This document shows, piece by piece, positions 42,575 through 53,113 of a stretch of 64,000 nucleotides of DNA. Where the stretch lies: assembly GCA_963704725.1 (NCBI GenBank), contig OY969934.1, positions 1,685,138 to 1,749,137 on the forward strand, given 5' to 3'. The notes below the pieces were generated by a model. It worked only from the letters and a program-made list of their open reading frames with translations. It made no database searches and was not told where the DNA came from. This DNA comes from an uncultured Actinomycetes bacterium. GTDB lineage: Bacteria; Actinomycetota; UBA4738; HRBIN12. The position numbers and the translations under genes were made by a program. Every line of letters begins with the position of its first letter. The stretch's first letter is position 1.

Positions 42575-43851
42575 TGGAAGGGGACGACCGTCCCGGTTCC
42601 GGTCTCGGGCGCGGGCTCCCGTGCCGGGGCGGGCGGAGCCGCCTCCGCCTCGACCTCCGCGATCGAGGGCGGCGTCGTCACGGTCTGACCCTCGTGCGCC
42701 GGGATGACGAACGAGACGCGCGTGCCCCCGATCGGCAGCGGCTCGGCCCACATGATCCCGCCGTGCTGCAGGACGATCTGCCGGGCCATGTGCAGGCCCA
42801 CCCCCGCGCCGGAGCGCTCCTTGCGCAGGATGTCCTCGCCGGCGGTGAAGGGCTCGTTGAAGGCCTTCGCCACGACGTCGCGGCGGACCCCGGAGCCGTG
42901 GTCGGTGACCGAGACGACCACGCCCTCGGACATGTCCCGCGCCCTGAGCACCACGGGCTGGTCCTCGGGCGAGTAGCGGCAGGCGTTGTCCAGGAGCTGC
43001 CGGACCACCTCGGCGAACCGAACGGGATCGGCGGGACCGTCCAGCCGGTCCGGGACCTCGCGGCGGATCTCGATCCCCGGGTACTGGCGGCCGATCTCGT
43101 CCGCGACGTGCGACAGGATCGGCGCCAGGTCGACGACGGTGAGCTTGATGGTCAGCTGGCCGCGATCCAGGTCGGCGATCGTCAGCATCTCGTCGATCAG
43201 CATCATGAGCTTCTCGAGCGAGCCCTCGAGCTGCCCCAGGAACTCGAACTGTTCCTCCTCCGGCAGGCCGCGGTTCTTGAGGACGTAGGCGATGCCCTTG
43301 GCCACGGTGACCGGCGTGCGCAGCTCGTGCGAGATGTTGGCCAGGAAGTCGGCCTTGGCGGTGGTGAGGGACTCCAGCCGCTCGGACACCTCGCCGAGGG
43401 CGATCTCCAGGTCGCGTCGCTGCGTGGACTCGGCCACGAGACGATCGGAGATGAGGGCGCTCACGCGGTGGCTGAGCGCCACGTTGCCGTCGACCACCGA
43501 GCGGATGGCCCGGAGCACCGACTCGGGACCGTCCTCCTTGAGGAGGTAGGCGACGGCGCCGGCATCGAGCATCTGGGCCGCGGTGACCGGCGAGGAGACG
43601 TTCGTCCAGCACATGACGGACGTCTCGGGCACGATGGCCAGGAGTCGGCGGACCAGATCCGTGCCCGACAGGCCCTCGAGCCCGATCTCGGCCACCACGA
43701 CGGCCGGCTGGGTGCGGGCGGCGACCTCGACGGCGCGGAAGCCGTCGGTGACGACCTCCATCTCCAGGCCGGCGCCCGACTTCAGGAGCGTGTACTGGAG
43801 CTGCGCGAGGCCGTCGGCGGTGTCGCAGAGCAGCACCTTCGTGGGCATCAT
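42550..43851 (-). CDS. cytoplasmic histidine kinase with N-terminal receiver-like domain
   Basis: 433 aa; no TM segment; REC-like N-terminus in which the phospho-acceptor position appears to be Glu (VVVAEIGLEG); H-box ISHELRTPV; HATPase_c. Confidence 0.8.
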
Positions 43852-43911
43852 CGGTTGTATCGGCGCCCGGCCAACGGGGTTGAGCCGGCGCGGACCCCCC
43901 CGCGAGTGCGG

Positions 43912-44574
43912 CTACTCGACGAGGCCGCTGCGGATGGCGATCGCGACCGCCTGAGCACGGTCGTTCGCGCCGAGCTTCTCGAAGATGCGCTCGAGGTGCG
44001 TCTTCACGGTGTGCGGGGAGATGCCGAGGTCGTGGGCGACCTCCTTGGTCGTCGCGCCGTAGGCCACCTTCTGGAGGATCTCCTTCTCCCGCTTGGACAG
44101 GGGGGGCGCCTCGACCCGCTTCTCGGCGATCTGAACCTCTTCGATGAAGGCCCGGGTGAGCTGGGGATGGATGACCGCCTTGCCCTCCAGGGCGAGGCGG
44201 GCCGCGTTCACGAGCTCGTCGGCCGAGGCGTCCTTGAGGAGGTAGCCGGAGACGCCGGCCTGGATCGCCTCGGAGATCGAGGCGCGGGACTCGTCGACCG
44301 TGAACAGGATCACCCGGGTGTCGGGCGAGCTCAGGCGGATCGCCTTGGTCGCCTCGATCCCGTTCATCCCGGGCATCCGGACGTCCATGAACACGATGTC
44401 GGGCGTGAGGTCGCCGGCCTTGCGAACGGCGTCCTCGCCGCTGTCGGCCTCGCCGATCACGACCACGTCGTTGGCCAGGTCGAGCGCCGCGTGGAGCCCC
44501 TCGCGGGTGACCGGGTGGTCGTCCACGATGAGGATGCGGATGCGGTGGGTGTCGTCTCTCGTCGTCTCGCTCAT
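43912..44574 (-). CDS. NarL/LuxR-family response regulator
   Basis: 220 aa; receiver (ILIVDDHP, FMDVRMPG) plus C-terminal LuxR-type HTH. Confidence 0.9.
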   Translation of the reverse strand: MSETTRDDTHRIRILIVDDHPVTREGLHAALDLANDVVVIGEADSGEDAVRKAGDLTPDIVFMDVRMPGMNGIEATKAIRLSSPDTRVILFTVDESRASISEAIQAGVSGYLLKDASADELVNAARLALEGKAVIHPQLTRAFIEEVQIAEKRVEAPPLSKREKEILQKVAYGATTKEVAHDLGISPHTVKTHLERIFEKLGANDRAQAVAIAIRSGLVE

Positions 44575-44636
44575 GGAATAGGTATCGGCCGCAAGGCCTT
44601 TAGGATAGAGGCTGTAGTTCCCCGAAGGAACTAACC

Positions 44637-45032
44637 TTGCTCATGGACGAAACCCGAACCGGTCCTGGCCCGATCCACGCCGGTCCCGTCCCCGAAGCGT
44701 CCGAGACCCCGTCGGCCACCTCGGGGGGGACCGTGACCGAGGAGCGGGTCCTCGACGCCCTCCGCCACGTGGTCGACCCGGAGCTCGGCATCAACATCGT
44801 CGACCTGGGGCTCGTGTACGAGGTGGACGTCAGCGCCGAGGGCGCCGTCCACGTGGAGTACACCCTGACCACGATGGGCTGCCCCATCGGCCCCCTGATC
44901 GAGCAGCAGATGGAGTCGTTCCTGTCCGGCGTCCCCGGCGTGAGCGGAGTCGAGGCCGAGATGGTCCTGCGTCCGCCCTGGACCCCGGAGATGATGTCCG
45001 AGGAGGCCAAGGCCGCCCTCGGCTACTTCTGA
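44637..45032 (+). CDS. DUF59 / SufT-like Fe-S assembly accessory protein
   Basis: 131 aa; VVDPELGINIVDLGLVY and conserved Cys in TMGCPIG. Confidence 0.8.
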   Translation: MLMDETRTGPGPIHAGPVPEASETPSATSGGTVTEERVLDALRHVVDPELGINIVDLGLVYEVDVSAEGAVHVEYTLTTMGCPIGPLIEQQMESFLSGVPGVSGVEAEMVLRPPWTPEMMSEEAKAALGYF

Positions 45033-45119
45033 TCGGCCCGCCACCCGGTTGACAGGTACGGGCCGTGGGAGTTGACTTGCACCTGCAAATCCGAGTGGTG
45101 GAGTCGAATTCCGTGATCC

Positions 45120-45275
45120 GGACCCGGTGCCGAGGCCTGGTGGGGGCGATGATCCCCTCCCGCCTGTGCTGTCCGGCGCCGTGGTGCGCCCAGCAGGGCG
45201 CGTAGGGTCGCCGAGCGGTTCACCCCACCATCCGCAGAGCCGGAGAGCAAGGGCCGCAGGCGCGGCCCTTTTCCA
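45120..45275 (+). ncRNA. candidate small RNA (6C-like: C-rich loops plus intrinsic terminator)
   Basis: Non-coding 300 nt gap; C-rich tracts GATCCCCTCCCGCC and GCGG-TTCACCCCACCAT-CCGC that can sit in hairpin loops, followed by the terminator hairpin at 45251-45275. Upstream TTGACA-like hexamers at about 45049 and 45072. Not verified by folding. Confidence 0.3.
45251..45275 (+). terminator. intrinsic terminator-like hairpin
   Basis: GGGCCGC-AGGC-GCGGCCC (7 bp GC stem) followed by TTTTCC. Confidence 0.5.
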
Positions 45276-45335
45276 TTGGACCCCCACGGCCGAGGCGGAA
45301 GCGCCGTCGGCCCCACCCGAGAGGAGGAGATGGCG

Positions 45336-46178
45336 ATGGCGGGCTACGCCAACCCCGACGCGCTCGTCGAGACCGACTGGCTCGAGGACCACCTCGAGGA
45401 CGAGAACGTCCAGGTGATCGAGGTGGACGAGGACACGACGGCTTACGACAAGGGCCACATCCGCGGCGCGGTCGGCTGGAACTGGAGCACCGACCTGCAC
45501 GCGGAGGTGGGCCGGGAGTACCTCGGCCAGCGGGAGCTCGCGGACCTGCTCTCGCGCGCCGGCGTCGGCGAGAGCACGACGGTGGTGCTCTACGGAGGGA
45601 ACAACAACTGGTTCGCCGCCTACGCCTACTGGATCCTGAAGCTCCGCGGCTTCGACGCCGTCCGTCTGCTGAACGGCGGCCGGAAGAAGTGGGAGTTGGA
45701 GAGCCGGGAGCTGACGCAGGACGCCCCCTCGCCTACGCCGACCGGCATCGTCGTCTCCGGATCCGAGCGCGCCGGTATCCGGGCGCTGCGCGACGAGGTG
45801 TTGGCCAAGCTCGGCGGAGCGGCGTTCGTGGACGTCCGGTCTCCGGAGGAGTACCGGGGGGAGAAGCTCGCCCCCGATCACCTGCCGCAGGAGCAGTCGC
45901 AGGTGCCCGGCCACATCCCCGGCGCCGCGAACATCCCCTGGGTCAAGGCGGCGAACGAGGACGGCACGTTCAAGTCGGCGGACGAGCTCCGCGCGCTCTA
46001 CGAGCCCGAGGGCGTGACCCCCGACACGGAGGTCATCGCGTACTGCCGGATCGGGGAGCGGAGCTCGCACACGTGGTTCGCGCTCACCGAGCTGCTCGGG
46101 TACGAGAACGTCAAGAACTACGACGGCTCGTGGACCGAGTACGGGTCGCTGGTCGGCGTCCCGGTCGAGAAGGGCTGA
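45336..46178 (+). CDS. thiosulfate sulfurtransferase (tandem rhodanese domains)
   Basis: Track ORF 45276..46178; start taken at second ATG (45336), 8 nt after GAGGAGG. Active-site loop CRIGERSS. Confidence 0.9.
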   Translation: MAGYANPDALVETDWLEDHLEDENVQVIEVDEDTTAYDKGHIRGAVGWNWSTDLHAEVGREYLGQRELADLLSRAGVGESTTVVLYGGNNNWFAAYAYWILKLRGFDAVRLLNGGRKKWELESRELTQDAPSPTPTGIVVSGSERAGIRALRDEVLAKLGGAAFVDVRSPEEYRGEKLAPDHLPQEQSQVPGHIPGAANIPWVKAANEDGTFKSADELRALYEPEGVTPDTEVIAYCRIGERSSHTWFALTELLGYENVKNYDGSWTEYGSLVGVPVEKG

Positions 46179-46247
46179 GCGCGCCAGGGCGCTCCTCGGG
46201 GGGCCCGTCCTCCGGGGTGCGGGGAAAGGATGCCCCCTCTCCCTCCG

Positions 46248-46280
46248 AAGGGGCGGGTGCCGTTCGGCACCCGCCCCTTT
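46248..46280. repeat. perfect palindrome (14-bp arms) in the rhodanese-sufB intergenic region
   Basis: AAGGGGCGGGTGCC-GTTCG-GCACCCGCCCCTT; no U-tract on either strand, so a protein operator (for example SufR-type) or bidirectional hairpin rather than a classical terminator. Confidence 0.4.
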
Positions 46281-46408
46281 CCCCTCGGCGCTGCCCCGCC
46301 CGGCGCCGTGCGCCTGTGCTCGAATTCCGACCCCTCGGATGGACTTACCTCGTCGCCGTGGGTATCCTCGATGGGAGGAGTGAGGGCCGCTCCTCGGGAA
46401 GGACCACC

Positions 46409-47821
46409 GTGGCCGTCACCCAGGAAGAGCATCTCCGGGAGCTCAGCAAGGGCTACCGCTTCGGCTGGAAGGACCCGTCCCACTCGGTCTTCACGCCGAA
46501 GATGGGCCTGAGCGCCGCGGTGGTCGAGGAGATCTCGGCGCTGAAGGACGAACCCGACTGGATGCGGAAGTACCGGCTGAAGGCGCTGAAGCACTTCGAG
46601 CAGCGCCCCATGCCGTGGTGGGGGGCCGACCTGTCGGGGATCGACTTCGACGATATCTACTACTTCATCCGCTCGACCGAGAAGCAGGCGCAGAACTGGG
46701 ACGAGCTGCCCGACGACATCCGCGGGACGTGGGACAAGCTGGGGATCCCGGAGGCGGAGAAGAAGTTCCTGGGCGGGGTCTCGGCGCAGTACGAGAGCGA
46801 GGTCGTCTACCACAAGATCAAGCAGGAGCTCGACGACATGGGCGTCCTGTTCGCAGACATGGACACGGCGCTCCGCGACCACCCCGACATCGTCAAGGAA
46901 TACTTCGGGACGATCATCCCGCCCAACGACAACAAGTTCGCCGCGCTGAACTCGGCGGTGTGGTCGGGGGGATCGTTCATCTACGTCCCGCCCGGCGTGC
47001 ACGTCGACATCCCGCTGCAGGCGTACTTCCGGATCAACGCGGAGGCGATGGGGCAGTTCGAGCGGACGATGATCATCGCGGACGAGGGCAGCTACGTGCA
47101 CTACGTCGAGGGCTGCTCGGCCCCGATCTACACGCGCGATTCGCTCCACTCGGCGGTCGTCGAGATCATCGTGAAGAAGGGCGCCCGCGTCCGCTACACG
47201 ACCATCCAGAACTGGTCGAACAACGTCTACAACCTCGTTACCAAACGCGCGGCAGCGTACGAGGACTCCGTGATGGAGTGGATCGACGGCAACATCGGCT
47301 CGAAGGTGACGATGAAGTACCCGTCTATCTACCTGCTCGGCAAGGGCGCCCGGGGCGAGGTCCTCTCAGTGGCGTTCGCCGGTGAGGGGCAGCACACGGA
47401 CGCCGGCGGCAAGGCGATCCACGCCGCGCCGTTCACCACCTCGATCATCAACAGCAAGTCGGTGAGCAAGGGCGGCGGGCGCACCGGGTACCGAGGGCTC
47501 GTCCGCATCGAGCCGGGTGCGCACCACGCGAAGTCAATGGTCCGCTGCGACGCGCTGATCCTCGACGAGATCTCGCGCTCGGACACCTACCCGTACGTCG
47601 AGGTCGAGGAGCAGACCGCGCAGCTCGGCCACGAGGCGTCGGTCGCCCGGATCGGCGAGGACCAGCTCTTCTACCTCATGAGCCGTGGGCTGTCCGAAGC
47701 CGAGGCATCGGCGATGATCGTGAACGGCTTCATCGAGCCGATCACCCGCGAGCTGCCCATGGAGTACGCCGTCGAGCTCAACCGCCTGATCGAGCTCCAG
47801 ATGGAAGGCGCGATCGGCTAG
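46409..47821 (+). CDS. sufB: Fe-S cluster assembly protein SufB (intein-free)
   Basis: In-frame C-terminal 470 aa of track ORF 45689..47821 from GTG 46409 (RBS GGGAAGGA); conserved SufB sequence throughout. Confidence 0.95.
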   Translation: MAVTQEEHLRELSKGYRFGWKDPSHSVFTPKMGLSAAVVEEISALKDEPDWMRKYRLKALKHFEQRPMPWWGADLSGIDFDDIYYFIRSTEKQAQNWDELPDDIRGTWDKLGIPEAEKKFLGGVSAQYESEVVYHKIKQELDDMGVLFADMDTALRDHPDIVKEYFGTIIPPNDNKFAALNSAVWSGGSFIYVPPGVHVDIPLQAYFRINAEAMGQFERTMIIADEGSYVHYVEGCSAPIYTRDSLHSAVVEIIVKKGARVRYTTIQNWSNNVYNLVTKRAAAYEDSVMEWIDGNIGSKVTMKYPSIYLLGKGARGEVLSVAFAGEGQHTDAGGKAIHAAPFTTSIINSKSVSKGGGRTGYRGLVRIEPGAHHAKSMVRCDALILDEISRSDTYPYVEVEEQTAQLGHEASVARIGEDQLFYLMSRGLSEAEASAMIVNGFIEPITRELPMEYAVELNRLIELQMEGAIG

Positions 47822-48098
47822 CGAGCGTCAGCGGCTCCAACACGGGCGAGCGGAGGATCGCCGTCCGGATGGCGTCCTCGTGGGACGGGCAGCAGGCGCT
47901 CCACGTCAGGTGATCGCCCGCACGGGAGGCGCGGATGTCGATGGGCCTCCTCCCGTGCGCCGGGCACCGCACGCGCCGGATCCTCGCCCGCGCGGCAGCG
48001 ACACCATCTCTCAGGGCCTCGCGCTTGACGCACTCCAACCACTCGTCGGCAGACACGGGGCGGCCATGCGCGTCCCGGAACTCGATATCGAGCTTCAC
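47778..48098 (-). CDS. hypothetical small protein (Cys/His-containing)
   Basis: C-terminal ~106 aa of track ORF 47778..48356 from GTG about 48098 (AGGAG upstream); CPAHGRR...[13 protein letters not shown]. Its 3' end overlaps the sufB stop by about 44 nt convergently. Confidence 0.3.
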   Translation of the reverse strand: MKLDIEFRDAHGRPVSADEWLECVKREALRDGVAAARARIRRVRCPAHGRRPIDIRASRAGDHLTWSACCPSHEDAIRTAILRSPVLEPLTLASRSRLPSGARSGG

Positions 48099-48130
48099 CA
48101 GCACCTCCTGGCTTGATCGCGGGGGAGCGT

Positions 48131-49321
48131 TCACGGTGGACCTCGGTCCTCCAGCCGCGACCCATCCGGCCGGAAGAACGCCGGGCGCCCGTCGACGAGC
48201 TCGAGACGGAACCCGCCGGGCCGATGGACCAGCCGGTGGTGACGGCGGCACAGCAGAATCAGGTTCTGGATCGCGGTCGGACCGCCGTCGGCCCAGTGGA
48301 CCACATGATGAGAGTCGCACCACGTGTGAGGGCGTTCGCAGCCGGGGAACCGGCACCGGCGATCTCGAACCACCACGGCGCGCCGCATCGACGGCGGCAC
48401 CACGGGAGTCCTTCGTCCCACGTCCAGCGGCTCGGACCGTCCGGACAGCACCACACGGGTGACCGACGCGTCGCAGGCAAGTCGCCGAGCGGTCTCGACC
48501 GAGACGGGTCCGACGTCGTCGAGCTCGCTCGGGCCGGCCGCGGCGCCTGTCAGGGCGTCGGCCGGGAGCGTCACGGTGACGTGTGGTCGCTCGCCCGCCA
48601 CGCGGGGACGGTCGGCCAGGTCAAGCCACTGCCGGCAGATCTCGACCAGGGCGTCCGCGCGGCGCTGGGCGGGCGTCCGCTCGTCCTCGGGCCCTCGCGA
48701 TCGTGACTCGGCGTCGAGCACGGCTCGAAGCGCCGTGAGCAGGGTCTCACCGCCCTCGGGGTCGAGATCGAAGTCGCCCCGGACCATCCCGAGGAACGTC
48801 GGCGAGGCATGAAGTCGCCGTCGCGCGTGAAGCGCTTCGTCCCCGTCCCTCGCCTGCTCCCGCTCGACGATCTGGCGCCAATGCGCGGCGACCCGCTGCA
48901 GGGCCCCCGTCGAGTGGATCCGGGCGGCTTCCACGAGCTGGGCCTCCGAACGCGCGAACGCCTCTCGGTCGAGGTCGTGCGCCGTGGTGAGCACGCGCGC
49001 CGCGGAGAGCGACAGCTCGCCGTCCTCGAGCGCCCGCCGGGTCACCGGCATGTCTTCGAGCGCCCGAGCGACGCGCACCGACTCGCGGGCCGTCCCCCAG
49101 GCGACGTTGAACCTCGCGTTGAGCCAGGAGGCCGAGGACAGGTTCCCGTCGCGCTCGAACAGCCGACGCCGCTCGATGTCCGCCAGCCGCCGGAGCCGTT
49201 CGACCTCGAGCAGCTCCATCGCCCGGTGCAGCTCGGCGAAGTCCTCCTCGATGACCGCGTCCGGCAGCTCGGCAAGGAGCTCGGACTGCAACGCATCGAT
49301 GGCCGAGCGAAGCTCGCTCAA
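48131..49321 (-). CDS. DUF222 plus HNH endonuclease domain protein (REP13E12-like family)
   Basis: 396 aa; C-terminal HNH motif CRFPGCERPHTWCDSHHVVHWADGGPTAIQNLILLCRRHH preceded by the family-typical N-terminal region. Confidence 0.85.
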   Translation of the reverse strand: MSELRSAIDALQSELLAELPDAVIEEDFAELHRAMELLEVERLRRLADIERRRLFERDGNLSSASWLNARFNVAWGTARESVRVARALEDMPVTRRALEDGELSLSAARVLTTAHDLDREAFARSEAQLVEAARIHSTGALQRVAAHWRQIVEREQARDGDEALHARRRLHASPTFLGMVRGDFDLDPEGGETLLTALRAVLDAESRSRGPEDERTPAQRRADALVEICRQWLDLADRPRVAGERPHVTVTLPADALTGAAAGPSELDDVGPVSVETARRLACDASVTRVVLSGRSEPLDVGRRTPVVPPSMRRAVVVRDRRCRFPGCERPHTWCDSHHVVHWADGGPTAIQNLILLCRRHHRLVHRPGGFRLELVDGRPAFFRPDGSRLEDRGPP

Positions 49322-49361
49322 CGACTGTCCCCCCTCCCGAACGTACGTTCGAGATCGTAGC

Positions 49362-49751
49362 TCATGGCAGTGACATCGAACGCGCGACGTCGGCCACGGT
49401 CATCGGCTGGGGGAGGTCGGCCGCGAGGATCGCCCCGTCGAGGCCGAGCCGGCCGACCGCCAGCAACCACGGCGTGACCGAGGGGTCGATCACGCCGGCG
49501 ACGACGAGCAGCGCCATCGCGATGGCGAGGTCGAGCTCGCACGTCGGCCCACCGGAGATGGGCGGCTCGAGGTGAACGAAGGCGAGCGGCACCTCGTCGA
49601 GCAGCCCATCGTTGACGAGGGCGGCTCGCACGCGATCGGCCGTGGTGCGGCCGTATCCGGGCGGCAAGCCCATGATCTGAAAGCGATCCCCTGGCCTGGC
49701 CACCAGCTCGACGAGCCGGTCGTCGACCACACCCCACACGCGAACGCCCAC
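49362..49751 (-). pseudogene. 5' fragment of a comM/yifB-family (Mg-chelatase-like ATPase) gene
   Basis: 129 aa ORF matching only the ComM N-terminal domain (MGLPPGYGRTTADRVRAALVNDG...CELDLAIAMALLVVAG...GRLGLDGAIL), then a stop; no AAA+ Walker region anywhere downstream. Confidence 0.55.
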
Positions 49752-49869
49752 GCACGACCTCGAAGGAGCGGACGGCCGAGGGAGAAGGCGACCCTATCGC
49801 CGGGTACCGACAGCCACGGCGGTCGGGGGTCGTCCGTATAGTGGCCGCATCACGGGCAAGGGGCAGAGC

Positions 49870-51816
49870 GTGGACAACTTCCAGGAGAAAGTCGCCTTCA
49901 TCTGGTCGGTGGCCGACCTGCTCCGCGGCGACTACAAGCAGTCCGAGTACGGCAAGGTCATCCTGCCGCTGACCGTGCTCCGCCGTCTCGATTCCGTGCT
50001 GGAGCCGACCAAGTCGAAGGTCCTGAAGCGGCACAAGGAGCTCCAGGGCCGCCTCGAGAACGTCGAGCCGGTGCTCACGCAGATCACCGGGCACGGCTTC
50101 TACAACACGTCGCCCTTCACGTTCCGGACGCTCCTCGACGACCCGGACCACGTCGGCGAGAACCTGCGCCGCTACATCCTCGGGTTCGACCAGGGGACGC
50201 AGGACGTGATCGCCAAGTTCGAGCTCGAGGGCCAGATCCGGCGCCTCGAGCGCTCGAACCTCCTGTACATGGTCGTCTCGAAGTTCTGCGACATGGACCT
50301 GCACCCGGACCGGGTCTCGAACATCGAGATGGGCTACGTGTACGAGGAGCTCGTCCGCAAGTTCTCGGAGCTGTCGAACGAGACCGCCGGAGAGCACTTC
50401 ACCCCGCGCGAGGTCATCCGCCTGATGGTGAACATCCTGTTCGCCGGCGACCGGGACCTGCTGGCGAAGAAGGGCGCGATCGCCACGCTGTACGACCCGG
50501 CCTGCGGGACCGGTGGCATGCTGAGCGTGGCCGAGGACCACCTCCGGGCCCTGAACCCGGACGCCAAACTCCGCGTGTTCGGGCAGGAGCTGAACGCCGA
50601 GACGTACGCGGTCTGCCGCTCGGACATGATGCTGAAGGGCCAGGACGCGTCGAACATCTACTTCGGCAACTCGTTCACCGAGGACGGGTTGCCTGACTCC
50701 ACGTTCGACTACCTACTGGCGAATCCGCCGTTCGGCGTCGAGTGGAAGAAGGTCCAGGATCGGGTCCGCCAGGAGCACGACCGTGACGGCTACCAGGGGC
50801 GCTTCGGCGCCGGTTTGCCGAGGATCAACGACGGCTCGCTGCTGTTCCTGCAGCACATGATCTCGAAGATGAAGCCGCCCGAGAAGGGCGGCAGCCGCCT
50901 CGCCATCGTCTTCAACGCGTCGCCGCTGTTCACCGGCGCCGCCGGCTCGGGCGAGTCCGAGATCCGCCGCTGGATCATCGAGAACGACTCGCTCGAGGCG
51001 ATCGTCGGCCTGCCGGACCAGCTCTTCTACAACACCGGGATCTCGACGTACTTCTGGGTCCTCACGAACCGGAAGACCCCCGAGCGCCGGGGGAAGGTCC
51101 AGCTCGTCGACGCCCGCGAGCTGTGGACCAAGATGCGCAAGAGCCTCGGCGAGAAGCGCAAGGAGATCTCGAGCGAGCAGATCGAGGAGATCACGCGCCT
51201 GTGCGCGGAGGTCCAGGAGGGCGATCGCTGCAAGATCCTGCGGAACGAGGACTTCGGCTACCGCCGGATCACCGTCGAGCGACCACTCCGCGTGCGGTGG
51301 GAAGTGACCGAAGAGACGGCCGCGACGCTCGGCGCCTCGAAGGCGCTCACGAAGCTCGACGACGATGCTCGTGAGCGGCTGCTCGAAGCCGTCGATGGGC
51401 TGAAGGGAACGTCGACGACGGATCGGGACGTATTCGCGGAGAAGGTCGCTGGAGTGCTCGACGCCATGGGGAAGTTCGGCAAGCCAATGGAGAGGGCTAT
51501 CATCGAGGCGGCGACGGTCCGGGACCCCGAGGCCCCGCTCGTGACCGACAAGAAGGGGAATCCGGAGCCCGATCCTGAGCTGCGCGACTTCGAGAACGTG
51601 CCGCTCACCGAGGACGTCGGTGAGTACATGGAGCGCGAGGTCCTCCCCTTCGTCGACGCATGGGTCGACGAGTCGAAGACGAAGGTCGGGTACGAGATCC
51701 CGTTCACCCGGCACTTCTACGTGTACGTGCCTCCCCGGCCTCTCGAAGAGATCGACTCCGATATCAAGGCGCTCGAGCAGGAGATCCTCCAGCTCCTCCG
51801 CGAGGTAGCTGAGTGA
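49870..51816 (+). CDS. hsdM: Type I restriction-modification system, methyltransferase subunit
   Basis: 648 aa; N6-adenine MTase motifs DPACGTGG and NPPFG; GTG start. Confidence 0.95.
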   Translation: MDNFQEKVAFIWSVADLLRGDYKQSEYGKVILPLTVLRRLDSVLEPTKSKVLKRHKELQGRLENVEPVLTQITGHGFYNTSPFTFRTLLDDPDHVGENLRRYILGFDQGTQDVIAKFELEGQIRRLERSNLLYMVVSKFCDMDLHPDRVSNIEMGYVYEELVRKFSELSNETAGEHFTPREVIRLMVNILFAGDRDLLAKKGAIATLYDPACGTGGMLSVAEDHLRALNPDAKLRVFGQELNAETYAVCRSDMMLKGQDASNIYFGNSFTEDGLPDSTFDYLLANPPFGVEWKKVQDRVRQEHDRDGYQGRFGAGLPRINDGSLLFLQHMISKMKPPEKGGSRLAIVFNASPLFTGAAGSGESEIRRWIIENDSLEAIVGLPDQLFYNTGISTYFWVLTNRKTPERRGKVQLVDARELWTKMRKSLGEKRKEISSEQIEEITRLCAEVQEGDRCKILRNEDFGYRRITVERPLRVRWEVTEETAATLGASKALTKLDDDARERLLEAVDGLKGTSTTDRDVFAEKVAGVLDAMGKFGKPMERAIIEAATVRDPEAPLVTDKKGNPEPDPELRDFENVPLTEDVGEYMEREVLPFVDAWVDESKTKVGYEIPFTRHFYVYVPPRPLEEIDSDIKALEQEILQLLREVAE

Positions 51817-53111
51817 GGCAAGCATTCTCCATTGGCTCGAGTTGGCCGCTCACGAGACTCAAGCACCGAGTGGCATTCGCCGCAGGCGGGACGCCACCTG
51901 TGGATCGAACTGAGTACTGGGCGGAAGACAAGGGAGTGCCGTGGGTCACGATTGCGGATATGACTCGGGCGTTTCGCGTGACCACTACGGATCGCACACT
52001 GACTGAGGCGGGATTAGGCGTGATGAGACGTCGACTTGCGCCACCCGGCACCTTGTTGTTTGCGATGTATGCCAGCGTCGGCAAAGTGGGCCGGCTCGGG
52101 GTCGCGGCGACTTGGAATCAAGCGATTCTCGGCATGACGCCACGAGCAGGATGTTATGGCGGGTTCCTCGCCTATTGGCTCGAGGCGCTCCAACCAATCG
52201 TGCTTGGGTTGGCGCGAAGCAACACCCAGGACAACCTCAACGCAGAGCAGGTCGGCAACCTCCCATTCCCTACCATGCCTCTATCCATGCAGCGGGCGAT
52301 CGGCGACTTCCTCGACACCGAGATCGCTCGCATCGACGCGCTGCTCGACAAGAGGGGTCGGCTCCTCCGTCGACTGTCTGAGCGCAGGCGGTCAGTCACG
52401 TTCCTGGGAGTTACCGGCGTGCTAGCGCCCAGAGTCGCGACTCACGATCCAGGCCTTGCGTGGGCCCGCAAGATCCGTGCGCCCTGGCCTGCGGTCAAGC
52501 TCAAGCATGTCGCACGGCTTGGAACTGGCCACACGCCTAGCCGGACCCATTTGGAGTACTGGGAGGACTGCACCATCCCCTGGATCACGACCGGAGAGGT
52601 TCAGCAGGTTCGGGATGATCGAGCGGAGGTCATCACCGAGACGCGAGAGAAGATCAGTGAGGTCGGCCTCGCGCACTCGGCGGCCGAACTACACTCGGCA
52701 GGCACGGTCGTGCTGTGCAGAACCGCCTCAGCCGGCTACTCGGCAATCATGGGGTCGGACATGGCGACGAGCCAGGACTTCGCCACGTGGACGTGCTCGG
52801 AACGCCTCCTTCCCAGATACCTACTGATGTGCCTACGAGCGATGAGACCGGACCTCCTCGGACGGCTTGCGTTCGGCTCAACCCACAAAACGATCTACAT
52901 GCCCGACATCGAAGGGCTGAAGATCCCCTTGCCCACCGTTGAAGAGCAGCGGGAAGTAGTTGACGAGATCGACCGACAACTCTCGAAGATCGATGCACTC
53001 GCGGAGCGCATCGAGCGCCAGTTGGGCCTCCTCGCCGAGCGCCGTCAGGCGCTGATCACGGCTGCGGTCACCGGTCTCGTGGACGTGACCATGGACAGCG
53101 CCGAGACATAG
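51813..53111 (+). CDS. hsdS: Type I restriction-modification system, specificity subunit
   Basis: 432 aa; two target-recognition-domain-like halves separated by conserved coiled-coil regions; 4-nt overlap with hsdM. Confidence 0.9.
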   Translation: MRQAFSIGSSWPLTRLKHRVAFAAGGTPPVDRTEYWAEDKGVPWVTIADMTRAFRVTTTDRTLTEAGLGVMRRRLAPPGTLLFAMYASVGKVGRLGVAATWNQAILGMTPRAGCYGGFLAYWLEALQPIVLGLARSNTQDNLNAEQVGNLPFPTMPLSMQRAIGDFLDTEIARIDALLDKRGRLLRRLSERRRSVTFLGVTGVLAPRVATHDPGLAWARKIRAPWPAVKLKHVARLGTGHTPSRTHLEYWEDCTIPWITTGEVQQVRDDRAEVITETREKISEVGLAHSAAELHSAGTVVLCRTASAGYSAIMGSDMATSQDFATWTCSERLLPRYLLMCLRAMRPDLLGRLAFGSTHKTIYMPDIEGLKIPLPTVEEQREVVDEIDRQLSKIDALAERIERQLGLLAERRQALITAAVTGLVDVTMDSAET

Positions 53112-53113
53112 GC

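Noticed and set aside
46409-47821. Possible intein in sufB
   Set aside because: sufB is a classical intein host in mycobacteria, but this gene is a normal ~470 aa with no inserted block; the only intein found is in the radical SAM gene.
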